From assembly GCF_042660085.1 (NCBI RefSeq), contig NZ_JBHSTI010000008.1, positions 1,959,876 through 1,991,875 of the forward strand: a stretch of DNA of 32,000 nt. The letters run 5' to 3'. Below the pieces are notes generated by a model that was given only the letters and a program-made list of their open reading frames with translations, was not told where the DNA came from and did not search any database. Position numbers and translations under genes: made by a program. The stretch comes from Longivirga aurantiaca (GTDB lineage: Bacteria > Actinomycetota > Actinomycetes > S36-B12 > CAIYMF01). Numbering within the stretch: position 1 is the stretch's first letter; each line of letters opens with the position of its first letter. Shown piece after piece: positions 25,635-32,000 of the stretch.

Positions 25635-25961
25635 CTACTCCAACGCGCGCAGGTACGCCCGGGCAGAGTCGACGTCATCCTCGTATGGAAGGACGGCGTC
25701 GAGCCGCGTGATGGCCAGCACCCGGCGTACGGCACCGTGCGCGCCGGCGAGCACGAGCCTTCCACCGGCCACCTCGCGGCGGCGCAGCGCCCGCACGAAG
25801 CGGGAGAGGGTCACGGAGTCGACGAACTGCACCGCGGACAGGTCCACGATGAGCCGACCGTCGGGCGGGACCGAGTCGAGCATCGCGTCCACCTCGTCGA
25901 GGCGGGTGATGTCGAGCTCGCCCACGGGCGCCGCCACGACGACCGGCTGCTGGTGCATCAC
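25635..25961 (-). CDS. STAS-domain anti-sigma-factor antagonist (RsbV/SpoIIAA-like)
   Basis: 108 aa. LIVDLSAVQFVDSVTLSRFV carries the phosphorylatable Ser context, followed by LVLAGAHGAVRRVLAITRLD. Confidence 0.85.
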   Translation of the reverse strand: MMHQQPVVVAAPVGELDITRLDEVDAMLDSVPPDGRLIVDLSAVQFVDSVTLSRFVRALRRREVAGGRLVLAGAHGAVRRVLAITRLDAVLPYEDDVDSARAYLRALE

Positions 25962-25979
25962 CGCGACCCCTGCGAGGCG

Positions 25980-26585
25980 TCAGCGCAGGCCACCGGGCGC
26001 ACCGGGGCCGTCATGCCTCGGGTCCAGGGAGCCGCCCTCGTCCTCCATGCGTGCGACGGGGCGGTCGGCGGTGTCGACTGTCTCGTCGGCACGGAGCGTG
26101 GAGTCGGTGAGGTCGACCGACGTGATGCCGTCGCCCTCCTCCACCGTGCCGTGCCATCCGCCCTCGGCGGTGCCCCGCTCCTCGATGAACTCCTTGAACT
26201 TCTCCAGGGAGCTGCTGACGGCGGACGACACGATGCCCAGGGCGTCCCCCACGCGCTCGGCGACGCCGTGCGGCTCGAGGTCCATCCGCAGCGTGACGCG
26301 GGTGTGATCCGGGTCGAGGCTCGCGAAGCTCACGCGACCGCCCTGCTCGGGGCCGGTGACGCTCTGCCACGCGATCACCTCGCCGGGGTGCTGCTCGGTG
26401 ATCGTCGCGTCGTACTCGCGCGAGACGCCGCCGACAGAGACCCGCCAGTGGGTCGTCGTGTCGTCGATCTGCCGCACCGACTCGACGTCGTCCATGAACC
26501 GGGGGTACGACTCGAACTGCGTCCACTGGTCGTAGACGGTCGCGAGCGGTCGGTCGACGACCACTGTGTGCTCGTGGCTTGTCAT
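25980..26585 (-). CDS. SRPBCC (cyclase/dehydrase, START-like) family protein with an acidic C-terminal tail
   Basis: 201 aa from the ATG at 26585 (CAGGAGGAG upstream). VVVDRPLATVYDQWTQFESYPRFMDDVESV...WRVSVGG...EYDATITEQHP is typical of SRPBCC ligand-binding proteins. Confidence 0.8.
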   Translation of the reverse strand: MTSHEHTVVVDRPLATVYDQWTQFESYPRFMDDVESVRQIDDTTTHWRVSVGGVSREYDATITEQHPGEVIAWQSVTGPEQGGRVSFASLDPDHTRVTLRMDLEPHGVAERVGDALGIVSSAVSSSLEKFKEFIEERGTAEGGWHGTVEEGDGITSVDLTDSTLRADETVDTADRPVARMEDEGGSLDPRHDGPGAPGGLR

Positions 26586-26634
26586 GTGCTCCTCCTGAGC
26601 TCGACGTGCGCGTGCGCTGGGGGGTGCGGATCGA

Positions 26635-26823
26635 TCAGCTCGTGGCGTCGCGCACGCCGTCCTTGAGCTTCTCCGCACCCTGCTTGAGATCGGCCTTGCT
26701 CTGGTCGACCTTGCCCTCGGCCTCGAGCGACTCGTTGCCGGTCACCTTGCCTGCGGCCTCCTTGATGGCGCCGCCGGTCTTCTGCGCGAGGTTCTTGGCC
26801 TTGTCCTCGGTGCTCATGGTCAT
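26635..26823 (-). CDS. CsbD-family general stress protein
   Basis: 62 aa. KAKNLAQKTGGAIKEAAGKVTGNESLEAEGKVDQSKADLKQ is the canonical CsbD repeat pattern. Confidence 0.9.
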   Translation of the reverse strand: MTMSTEDKAKNLAQKTGGAIKEAAGKVTGNESLEAEGKVDQSKADLKQGAEKLKDGVRDATS

Positions 26824-26864
26824 GCACGTCCCTTCATGTCGTAGTGCGGTGTCGTACCTTCACG

Positions 26865-26889
26865 GTGCCCGGTGGGCGACGCACTAAAC
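26865..26889 (-). promoter_or_regulatory. SigB/SigF-type promoter P1 (drives csbD-SRPBCC-STAS-kinase)
   Basis: Minus strand reads GTTT-agtgcgtcgcccacc-GGGCAC (N15), about 40 nt upstream of the csbD ATG. Confidence 0.5.
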
Positions 26890-27051
26890 GTCATGCCGCA
26901 CAACGGGATCCGGAAGCGGGTCCGGCGGGGGATCCACCGGCGGCGCCGGCACGGGAGGCACGGGCGCTGGCTGCGGAACGGTCGTCGGGGGCACGTCCGG
27001 TCCGGGCTCGAACGGCGGCACGGGAGTCGTGACGCCTGGGTCCTGGGTCAT
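26884..27051 (-). CDS. Unannotated 55-aa proline-rich small protein (candidate)
   Basis: ATG at 27051 is preceded by GAAGGAG (6 nt spacing) and by promoter P2. Translation: MTQDPGVTTPVPPFEPGPDVPPTTVPQPAPVPPVPAPPVDPPPDPLPDPVVRHDV. GC3 is about 78%, lower than neighbouring genes. It falls below the ORF-track length cut-off. Confidence 0.4.
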   Translation of the reverse strand: MTQDPGVTTPVPPFEPGPDVPPTTVPQPAPVPPVPAPPVDPPPDPLPDPVVRHDV

Positions 27052-27080
27052 GGCATCTCCTTCGGCGAGGCACCTCGGGA

Positions 27081-27105
27081 CTGCCCGACCACAGCGGAGC
27101 CAAAC
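27081..27105 (-). promoter_or_regulatory. SigB/SigF-type promoter P2 (upstream of the Pro-rich small ORF)
   Basis: Minus strand reads GTTT-ggctccgctgtggtc-GGGCAG (N15). The -10 element ends 29 nt upstream of the ATG at 27051. Confidence 0.4.
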
Positions 27106-27126
27106 AACGCGTCCGGTCGGCGAGGC

Positions 27127-28323
27127 CTAGCCAGCCGCGAAATCGTCCAGCCGGTCCGACGTAGGGCCCCAGCCGGGCTCGTCGGTCCGCGAAGCGACGG
27201 AGGCGGCGAGCGCGCGGGACATGGTGACCGCGGTGCCGTGGCGGTCGAACCGCTCGACGGCACGTCGGTGGGCCGACCACGACCAGGTGGAGCGGGCCGG
27301 CGTGTCACGACCCACCACGCGCAGCGCCCGGGCGAGGCGGCGTGGCTGGCCGGGCGGCAGCACGAGACCGGTGGTGCCGCTCTCGACGAGCTCGCGCACC
27401 CCCGCGACATCGCTGGCCACGAGCGGGGTCCCCGCCCACATGGCTGTGGCCAGCAGCGAGGTCTCGGGCCTGCCGTGCGGGACGGAGACGACGAGGTCAG
27501 AGGACCGGACCATGACCCGCAGACCCTCGCCAGTCGTGATGCGCACGAACCGGATCCGGTCGCCTGCCCGCAGCCCGGCGGCGAGCCTGGCCCAGCGCTC
27601 CACGGTGTGGCCGCCCGCTGCGGTCGCGGCGTCCACCGCCACGCAGAGCTTCATCTCCGGCAGCACCGCGACGGCACGGATCAGGTCGGCGACACCGGCG
27701 CCGCCCGCGCCCGCAGTCGTGAGGACCGACGTCGCGCACTCGGTCACCTCGCCGAGCGCCGGGGACCCGTGCGCCGGCATCGAGAGCTGCCACGGCACGA
27801 CCTCGCACCGGCCACCGTCGACACCCGCCCTCGCGAGGAGCTCGACCTCGGGCAGGGACCCGACGACGAACCCGTCCGCGTGCCGCGGCAGCCACGGGCC
27901 CACGCAGCCGGGTTCCGATCTGAGGTCGGTGGCCTCGGGGCACCACAGCCACGGGACGCGCAGGTCCGACGACACTCGATCGAGGGTCTCCGCAGCCCGA
28001 CGTCCGACGGCGAGAGCGACGTCGACCGACGCCGGGTCGAGGGCCGCGGCCAGGCCCCGTCGTGTCGAGCAGACGATGGCACCGGGACGGGACGGCCCCG
28101 GCGTTGTGCGCGCCTGCGCCATGCGGTCGAGCGCCTCGAGCGACGGCCCACCCTTCTGACCCCCGCGAGCGAGCGGACGACGGGCCTCCACCACGAGCAC
28201 CTCGTGCCCGAGCGCGGCGAGGTCGTCGGCCAGATCCTCGAGCGGACGGGCGAGGAGTGCCGGGACGCTGTCGCGGTCGGTGTCGGTGTCGTCGGGACGG
28301 TGCCTCACCAGTGCTACGCGCAT
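27127..28323 (-). CDS. Glycosyltransferase (GT-B fold, GT1/GT4-like)
   Basis: 398 aa from the ATG at 28323 (GGAGG 8 nt upstream). The C-terminal domain has PHGRPETSLLATAMWAGTPLVASDVAGVRELVESGTTGLVLPPG (E-x7-E-like motif). The N-terminal domain is divergent. Confidence 0.7.
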   Translation of the reverse strand: MRVALVRHRPDDTDTDRDSVPALLARPLEDLADDLAALGHEVLVVEARRPLARGGQKGGPSLEALDRMAQARTTPGPSRPGAIVCSTRRGLAAALDPASVDVALAVGRRAAETLDRVSSDLRVPWLWCPEATDLRSEPGCVGPWLPRHADGFVVGSLPEVELLARAGVDGGRCEVVPWQLSMPAHGSPALGEVTECATSVLTTAGAGGAGVADLIRAVAVLPEMKLCVAVDAATAAGGHTVERWARLAAGLRAGDRIRFVRITTGEGLRVMVRSSDLVVSVPHGRPETSLLATAMWAGTPLVASDVAGVRELVESGTTGLVLPPGQPRRLARALRVVGRDTPARSTWSWSAHRRAVERFDRHGTAVTMSRALAASVASRTDEPGWGPTSDRLDDFAAG

Positions 28324-28375
28324 GCCCGCACCTCCGTCGTCCTCGCGCTGTCCCGTCCGCACGACGTGCGTCGGG

Positions 28376-28400
28376 GTTTGGGTACATCCGGTGCGGGCAT
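28376..28400 (+). promoter_or_regulatory. SigB/SigF-type promoter P3 (drives the small TM ORF)
   Basis: GTTT-gggtacatccggtgc-GGGCAT (N15), 43 nt upstream of the ATG at 28443. Confidence 0.5.
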
Positions 28401-28442
28401 GGCCAGGGGGCCGAGTCCGACCCCGGCGCACAGGAGGCCTGC

Positions 28443-28649
28443 ATGACCAGCACCACGGCGACGTCCGCGTCGCCCACGCCCTACCAGACCGAGGGCACGG
28501 CGGAGAGCGCGACCGTGACCGGCCTGACGCTCGCTGCGGTGATGCTCGGGATCGTGCTGCTCACGGTCGTGGTCGGGCTGGTGATCCGGGGGCAACGCCG
28601 TCGACCGCCGGCGCCGCCGCACCGCAACCGTCCGTTCGCCAACCCCTGA
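28443..28649 (+). CDS. Small single-pass membrane protein (68 aa, candidate)
   Basis: AGGAGG 5 nt upstream of the ATG. GC3 is above 90%. One TM helix (LTLAAVMLGIVLLTVVVGLVI) is followed by a basic RGQRRRPPAPPHRNRPF tail. Confidence 0.55.
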   Translation: MTSTTATSASPTPYQTEGTAESATVTGLTLAAVMLGIVLLTVVVGLVIRGQRRRPPAPPHRNRPFANP

Positions 28650-28758
28650 CCAGGAGCGGGCAGCCTCCGGGACCGCACCCGACCGGCCCGACAGCGCGAC
28701 AGACGTCATCACCACTCCGCTCTCTCACCGAGACCCGCGACCACGCGGTGTCACCCCT

Positions 28759-28784
28759 GTACCCGCCTCGGGTGATCGGCAAAC
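28759..28784 (-). promoter_or_regulatory. SigB/SigF-type promoter P4, firing leftward (antisense to the 28443-28649 ORF and toward the glycosyltransferase at 28323)
   Basis: Minus strand reads GTTT-gccgatcacccgaggc-GGGTAC (N16). Confidence 0.45.
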
Positions 28785-28825
28785 CGCCCAGCGGACGCCG
28801 GTGGCCCCGACGACACGAGGACCTC

Positions 28826-29017
28826 ATGACAGACCCGACCAAGAACCACACCGGCACCGACGTACCCGAGACCGACGGGCTGACGCCGGCCGAGCAGCCG
28901 GAGCCGGAGGCCTCGTCGGACGGCGATGGCTCGTGGACGGCCGATCCGCAGACCCAGGACCCCGACGAGGACCGGTCCGTCGACGCTGTGATCCGCCGCA
29001 CCTCGCGCGAGGACTGA
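28826..29017 (+). CDS. Small acidic, probably disordered protein (63 aa, candidate)
   Basis: ATG with GAGGA 5 nt upstream. GC3 is about 92%. Translation: MTDPTKNHTGTDVPETDGLTPAEQPEPEASSDGDGSWTADPQTQDPDEDRSVDAVIRRTSRED. Confidence 0.45.
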   Translation: MTDPTKNHTGTDVPETDGLTPAEQPEPEASSDGDGSWTADPQTQDPDEDRSVDAVIRRTSRED

Positions 29018-29061
29018 GCGCCCGCGGTCGGCGGACGGCAATGGAGGCCGCCCGCTGATCG

Positions 29062-29086
29062 GTTTGGCAGTGGCGGCTGCGGGTAC
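29062..29086 (+). promoter_or_regulatory. SigB/SigF-type promoter P5 (drives GT4 glycosyltransferase + YtxH-like)
   Basis: GTTT-ggcagtggcggctgc-GGGTAC (N15), 37 nt upstream of the ATG at 29123. This is the best match to the consensus. Confidence 0.6.
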
Positions 29087-29122
29087 CTCGATGGTCCCCA
29101 CCGAGCACAGAGGAGTCCGAGC

Positions 29123-30274
29123 ATGAGGATCGCGCTGATGGCTCCGCCCTGGTACGCCGTACCGCCTCGTGCGTACGGCGGGGTCGAGCTCCTCGTCTCG
29201 GGCCTCGCGGACGGTCTCGTCGCGAGCGGGCACCAGGTGCTCCTCGTGTCGGCCGGCGCCCACGGCACGCTTGCTCAGGGGTACCGCACCCTCGACGCCC
29301 CCTCGCCCGACCGGCTCGGCGACGAGGTCGTCTCGCTCCTGCACGCCAGCATCGGCGAGGACGCGCTGCGTGACTTCGACCCCGACGTCGTCAGCGACCA
29401 CACGCTGCCGGGGCTTTCCGCCGCGGAGCACCGCAGCTGCCCCACCGTCGCCACCGTGCACGGCCCGCTGCACGGGGCGTACGCCCGCCTCGTACGGCGC
29501 GCGGACAGCGCGGACCTCATCGCGATCTCCGAGGCCCAGCGACGCAGCGCACCGGACATCTCCTGGCGGGCGACCGTGCCGAACGGGATCCCGGTGCAGT
29601 CGTACCCGTTCTCCGATCGCAAGGACGACATGCTGTTCTTCCTCGGCCGCATGCACCCCGACAAAGGCGTCGCGCAGGCCATCGAGGTCGCCGAACGCTC
29701 CGGCTCACGGCTCGTGATCGCGGCGCGGATCCACGGCCGCGAGGAGGAGGGCTACTTCGAGACCGTGGTGCGTCCGCGCCTCTCCCCGACCATCGAGTTC
29801 GCGGGCGAGGTGGGCTTCGGCGACAAGGTACGTCTGCTCGGCTCGGCCAAGGCCCTGCTGTTCCCGCTGCAGTGGGAGGAGCCGTACGGCCTCGTGGTGG
29901 CCGAGGCGCAGGCCTGCGGCACACCTGTGCTGTCTCTTGCGCGCGGCGCCATCCCTGAGCTCGTGCAGCACGGCACCACCGGCTGGGTACGCGACCACCA
30001 CCTCGAGCTGGTGGAGGACGTCGCCCGACTCGACGAGCTGTCCGCGCGCGACTGCCGAACGCATGCCCTCGACCACCTCGACATCGGCCGGACCGTGCGC
30101 GGTTACGAGGCCGTGTTCGCCACGACGGTGGCCTCGGGCGCCAACCGTGCCCGGCCCCAACGCCTCCCCCTACCGCCTCGACAACGCGGCCATGAGCCGC
30201 TCGCCGACGTACGGACCGCGGCCGTCGACCTGACGTTGCGGGTGCCCCAGCTCATCCCCAAGGAGAACTCATGA
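29123..30274 (+). CDS. Glycosyltransferase family 4 protein
   Basis: 383 aa. N-terminal MRIALMAPPWYAVPPRAYGGVELLVSGLADGLVASGHQV, and C-terminal ...PLQWEEPYGLVVAEAQACGTPVLSLARGAIPELVQHGTTGWV (E-x7-E). Confidence 0.88.
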   Translation: MRIALMAPPWYAVPPRAYGGVELLVSGLADGLVASGHQVLLVSAGAHGTLAQGYRTLDAPSPDRLGDEVVSLLHASIGEDALRDFDPDVVSDHTLPGLSAAEHRSCPTVATVHGPLHGAYARLVRRADSADLIAISEAQRRSAPDISWRATVPNGIPVQSYPFSDRKDDMLFFLGRMHPDKGVAQAIEVAERSGSRLVIAARIHGREEEGYFETVVRPRLSPTIEFAGEVGFGDKVRLLGSAKALLFPLQWEEPYGLVVAEAQACGTPVLSLARGAIPELVQHGTTGWVRDHHLELVEDVARLDELSARDCRTHALDHLDIGRTVRGYEAVFATTVASGANRARPQRLPLPPRQRGHEPLADVRTAAVDLTLRVPQLIPKENS

Positions 30275-30582
30275 AGAAGCTCATCCTGATCGGCATCGGC
30301 GGAGCCATCGGCTACGTGCTCGGCGCCCGCGCCGGACGACCCGCGTACGACCGGCTCCGCGACGGCTGGCAGGGCCTCACCCGCCGCGCAGGGCTCGACG
30401 ACCTCGCCACCACGGCCAAGGAGGCAGCCGTGGACGTCCGTGACGTCGCCGCCGAGCGTGCATCCGACGCCATGTCCAAAGGCGCCGACGACCTCGCCCG
30501 GCGCATCGACAACCTCGCGCCGAACCGCAGCAACGACGCGCACCGCACAGGGTCTGACCTCCCCCTTCCCTCCGGTCCGTGA
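30271..30582 (+). CDS. YtxH-like small stress protein (N-terminal membrane anchor)
   Basis: 103 aa. MKKLILIGIGGAIGYVLGARAGRPAYDRL resembles the YtxH N-terminus. ATGA overlap with the glycosyltransferase stop. Confidence 0.6.
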   Translation: MKKLILIGIGGAIGYVLGARAGRPAYDRLRDGWQGLTRRAGLDDLATTAKEAAVDVRDVAAERASDAMSKGADDLARRIDNLAPNRSNDAHRTGSDLPLPSGP

Positions 30583-30608
30583 CCGGCAGGCCTCGGACGA
30601 CCGGGCGC

Positions 30609-30634
30609 GTTTGCCGGGCACCGTCAGCGGGCAT
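30609..30634 (+). promoter_or_regulatory. SigB/SigF-type promoter P6 (would give a leaderless mRNA for the 30644 ORF)
   Basis: GTTT-gccgggcaccgtcagc-GGGCAT (N16). The -10 element ends 9 nt before the ATG at 30644. Confidence 0.45.
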
Positions 30635-30643
30635 CCAGCGGGC

Positions 30644-30835
30644 ATGACCGAGCAGATGCACGAGCCGGACGCCGTGGCCGACGAGAAGGCACGCGCCCAG
30701 AAGGTCGAGCGCGAGGCCCTCGCCGACGGCGGCGGCCGTGCCTCGCCCGCCGACGAGGCAGCCGACGACGAGTCGAGCTATTCCACCGAGGCGGAGCAGG
30801 GCGCTGCTCAGCCCACCCCCGACGGCCGGCACTGA
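30644..30835 (+). CDS. Small acidic protein (63 aa, candidate leaderless gene)
   Basis: No Shine-Dalgarno, but the ATG sits at the expected TSS of P6. GC3 is about 90%. Translation: MTEQMHEPDAVADEKARAQKVEREALADGGGRASPADEAADDESSYSTEAEQGAAQPTPDGRH. Confidence 0.4.
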   Translation: MTEQMHEPDAVADEKARAQKVEREALADGGGRASPADEAADDESSYSTEAEQGAAQPTPDGRH

Positions 30836-30851
30836 CCACTGCGTCACCCAG

Positions 30852-30876
30852 GTTTAGCCCTGGCCTGCCAGGGAAC
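30852..30876 (+). promoter_or_regulatory. SigB/SigF-type promoter P7 (drives glsB-like + ferritin-like genes)
   Basis: GTTT-agccctggcctgcca-GGGAAC (N15), 48 nt upstream of the ATG at 30924. Confidence 0.5.
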
Positions 30877-30923
30877 CGCTGAGGTCGCGCCACCGGACGG
30901 GTGGCGGAAAAAAGGAGAAGGAC

Positions 30924-31193
30924 ATGCTCTGGTTCATCATCGTCACCATCGTGATCGGCTTCGTGGCCGGTCTCATCGCCCGTGCGATCCTGCCCGGCAA
31001 CGACTCGATGGGTCTCCTGGCGACGACCGCCCTCGGCATCGTGGGGTCGCTGCTCGGCGGCTTCCTCGGATACCTGATCACGGGTAGCGACCGCGCGGAC
31101 GGCGCGTTCCAGACGTCCGGGCTCATCGGCTCGGTGATCGGCGCGGTCCTCGTGCTGCTGCTGGTCCGGATGCTGCGTCGTGCTCGCGCCTGA
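30924..31193 (+). CDS. GlsB/YeaQ/YmgE-family stress-response membrane protein (transglycosylase-associated)
   Basis: 89 aa. FIIVTIVIGFVAGLIARAILPG...GLLATTALGIVGSLLGGFLG...GSVIGAVLVLLL is the canonical family pattern. AAAAAGGAGAAGG Shine-Dalgarno. Confidence 0.9.
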   Translation: MLWFIIVTIVIGFVAGLIARAILPGNDSMGLLATTALGIVGSLLGGFLGYLITGSDRADGAFQTSGLIGSVIGAVLVLLLVRMLRRARA

Positions 31194-31767
31194 CCGGGGC
31201 GTCACGCCCCTGCGCCCCGCCGAGGACTTCATCCGCGACGTCGAGGCGTTGCGCACCCAGGCCCGGGAGAACCTCGACCGGGGCGCGGTCTCCGCGGCGT
31301 ACGGCGCGGACCTCGAGCGGGTCGTGCAGATGCTGCAGACGGCGCTTGCCACCGAGCTGGTCTGCGTCCTGCGCTATCGCCAGCACCACTACGCCGCCAC
31401 GGGTATGGACGCCGAGCCGATCGCGGCGGAGTTCCTCGCCCACTCCGAGGAGGAGCTGGGGCACGCCGGCCTCATCGCCGCGCGCATCAGCCAGCTCGGG
31501 AGCAACCCGGACTTCTCGCCGTCCACCCTCGAGGGGCGGGCGCACAGCGAGTACGTCGAGGCCGACTCGCTGCGCGCGATGGTCACGGAGAACCTCGTGG
31601 CCGAGCGGGTGGCCGTCGCCGCGTACACCGACATCATCGAGTGGCTCGGGTCGTCCGACCCGACCACCCGGCGCATGCTCGAGCAGATCCTCGCCGTGGA
31701 GGAGGAGCACGCCGACGACCTCGCCTCGATGCTCGACGGCCTTCCGGCAGCGACCGGCCCGGCCTGA
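31180..31767 (+). CDS. Ferritin-like (bacterioferritin/Dps-superfamily) protein
   Basis: 195 aa. ALATELVCVLRYRQHHY...AEFLAHSEEELGHAGLIAARI...ENLVAERVAVAAY...EQILAVEEEHADDL matches ferritin-like di-iron helix motifs (ExxH). The start at 31180 overlaps the upstream gene by 14 nt and is uncertain. Confidence 0.82.
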   Translation: MLAPDRGVTPLRPAEDFIRDVEALRTQARENLDRGAVSAAYGADLERVVQMLQTALATELVCVLRYRQHHYAATGMDAEPIAAEFLAHSEEELGHAGLIAARISQLGSNPDFSPSTLEGRAHSEYVEADSLRAMVTENLVAERVAVAAYTDIIEWLGSSDPTTRRMLEQILAVEEEHADDLASMLDGLPAATGPA

Positions 31768-31771
31768 TCGA

Positions 31772-31792
31772 CGCGCCGGCATCCCCGGCGCG
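31772..31792 (+). terminator. Hairpin after the ferritin-like gene
   Basis: CGCGCCGG-catcc-CCGGCGCG, an 8-bp stem starting 5 nt after the stop. Confidence 0.4.
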
Positions 31793-31812
31793 AACCACTC
31801 TGGAGGCACACC

Positions 31813-31968
31813 ATGATCATTCTCGGACTCATCCTCGTGATCGTCGGCTGGCTCACCAGCACCTCGATCCTCATCACCCTCGGGGCCATCCTCGCGGTGG
31901 TCGGCGTGGTGCTCGCGCTGCTCGGCGGCACGGGCCGCCCGGTGGCCGGCAGGGCGCACTGGTACTAG
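31813..31968 (+). CDS. Small two-TM hydrophobic protein (51 aa)
   Basis: GGAGG 6 nt upstream of the ATG. MIILGLILVIVGWLTSTSILITLGAILAVVGVVLALLGGTGRPVAGRAHWY matches a recurrent actinobacterial mini-protein pattern (two TM helices plus GRPVxGRxHWY), from memory. Confidence 0.65.
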   Translation: MIILGLILVIVGWLTSTSILITLGAILAVVGVVLALLGGTGRPVAGRAHWY

Positions 31969-32000
31969 GAGGACCTGAGCCTCGCACGACCTGGCTCACC

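Noticed and set aside
26872-28446. A 524-aa plus-strand ORF across the glycosyltransferase locus.
   Set aside because: It is antisense to a glycosyltransferase with a clear C-terminal GT-B motif and a Shine-Dalgarno. Its translation is Arg/Gly/His-rich with no domain.
28314-28715. A 133-aa minus-strand ORF starting just downstream of promoter P4.
   Set aside because: GC3 is only about 77% at its 5' end and the composition is Arg-rich. It is the exact antisense of the plus-strand 68-aa ORF, which has >90% GC3, an AGGAGG and a clean TM helix. I interpret the region as leader or antisense RNA, not coding.
1-32000. A search for CRISPR arrays, tRNA/rRNA genes, riboswitch-like leaders and phage or defence genes.
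   Set aside because: No regularly spaced repeats other than those reported. Apart from the glnA leader, intergenic regions are all under 160 bp, and none has a cloverleaf-like or known riboswitch-like pattern I could recognise. The 285-bp glnA leader is accounted for by a terminator plus GlnR boxes.

Overview
Very high-GC (over 70% by eye) chromosomal segment of an Actinomycetota genome, probably Micrococcales-like. It is densely coded, with GC3 near 90% in real genes and many long spurious antisense ORFs. I found no rRNA, tRNA, CRISPR array, transposase or integrase. The left third is the conserved actinobacterial lipB-lipA-DUF4191-RDD-glnA neighbourhood (as in M. tuberculosis Rv2217-Rv2220). 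Here it is interrupted by two small genes and by an APC(KimA-like) permease / truncated KdpD-like kinase / KdpE-like regulator operon. After glnA comes a LAL-type LuxR regulator plus a small membrane protein, bracketed by two near-identical terminator hairpins. Next are a CBS + ArsB/NhaD permease pair, an ornithine cyclodeaminase-family gene, malic enzyme, a thioredoxin / rhodanese lipoprotein / CPVC membrane protein operon, an MFS transporter, a DUF1345 protein and a hydrolase. The right 7 kb (25.2-32.0 kb) is a general-stress island: RsbW-like kinase, STAS antagonist, SRPBCC, CsbD, two glycosyltransferases, YtxH-like, GlsB/YeaQ, a ferritin-like protein and several small unannotated ORFs. Main hunt results: (1) seven copies of a sigmaB/sigmaF-type promoter motif (GTTT-N15/16-GGGnAy) sit in front of the stress-island genes, including a convergent pair that predicts antisense transcription. 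(2) A CsoR/CstR-like palindrome ATACCCC-N3-GGGTRT occurs twice, overlapping the thioredoxin-rhodanese operon promoter and upstream of malic enzyme. (3) lipB carries a perfect in-frame 45-bp tandem duplication next to the catalytic-lysine motif. (4) Four phased GCGTCArG direct repeats lie upstream of the permease-kinase-regulator operon. (5) A GlnR-box array lies upstream of glnA. All functional calls rest on reading the translated ORFs and on motif recognition. No database search was run.
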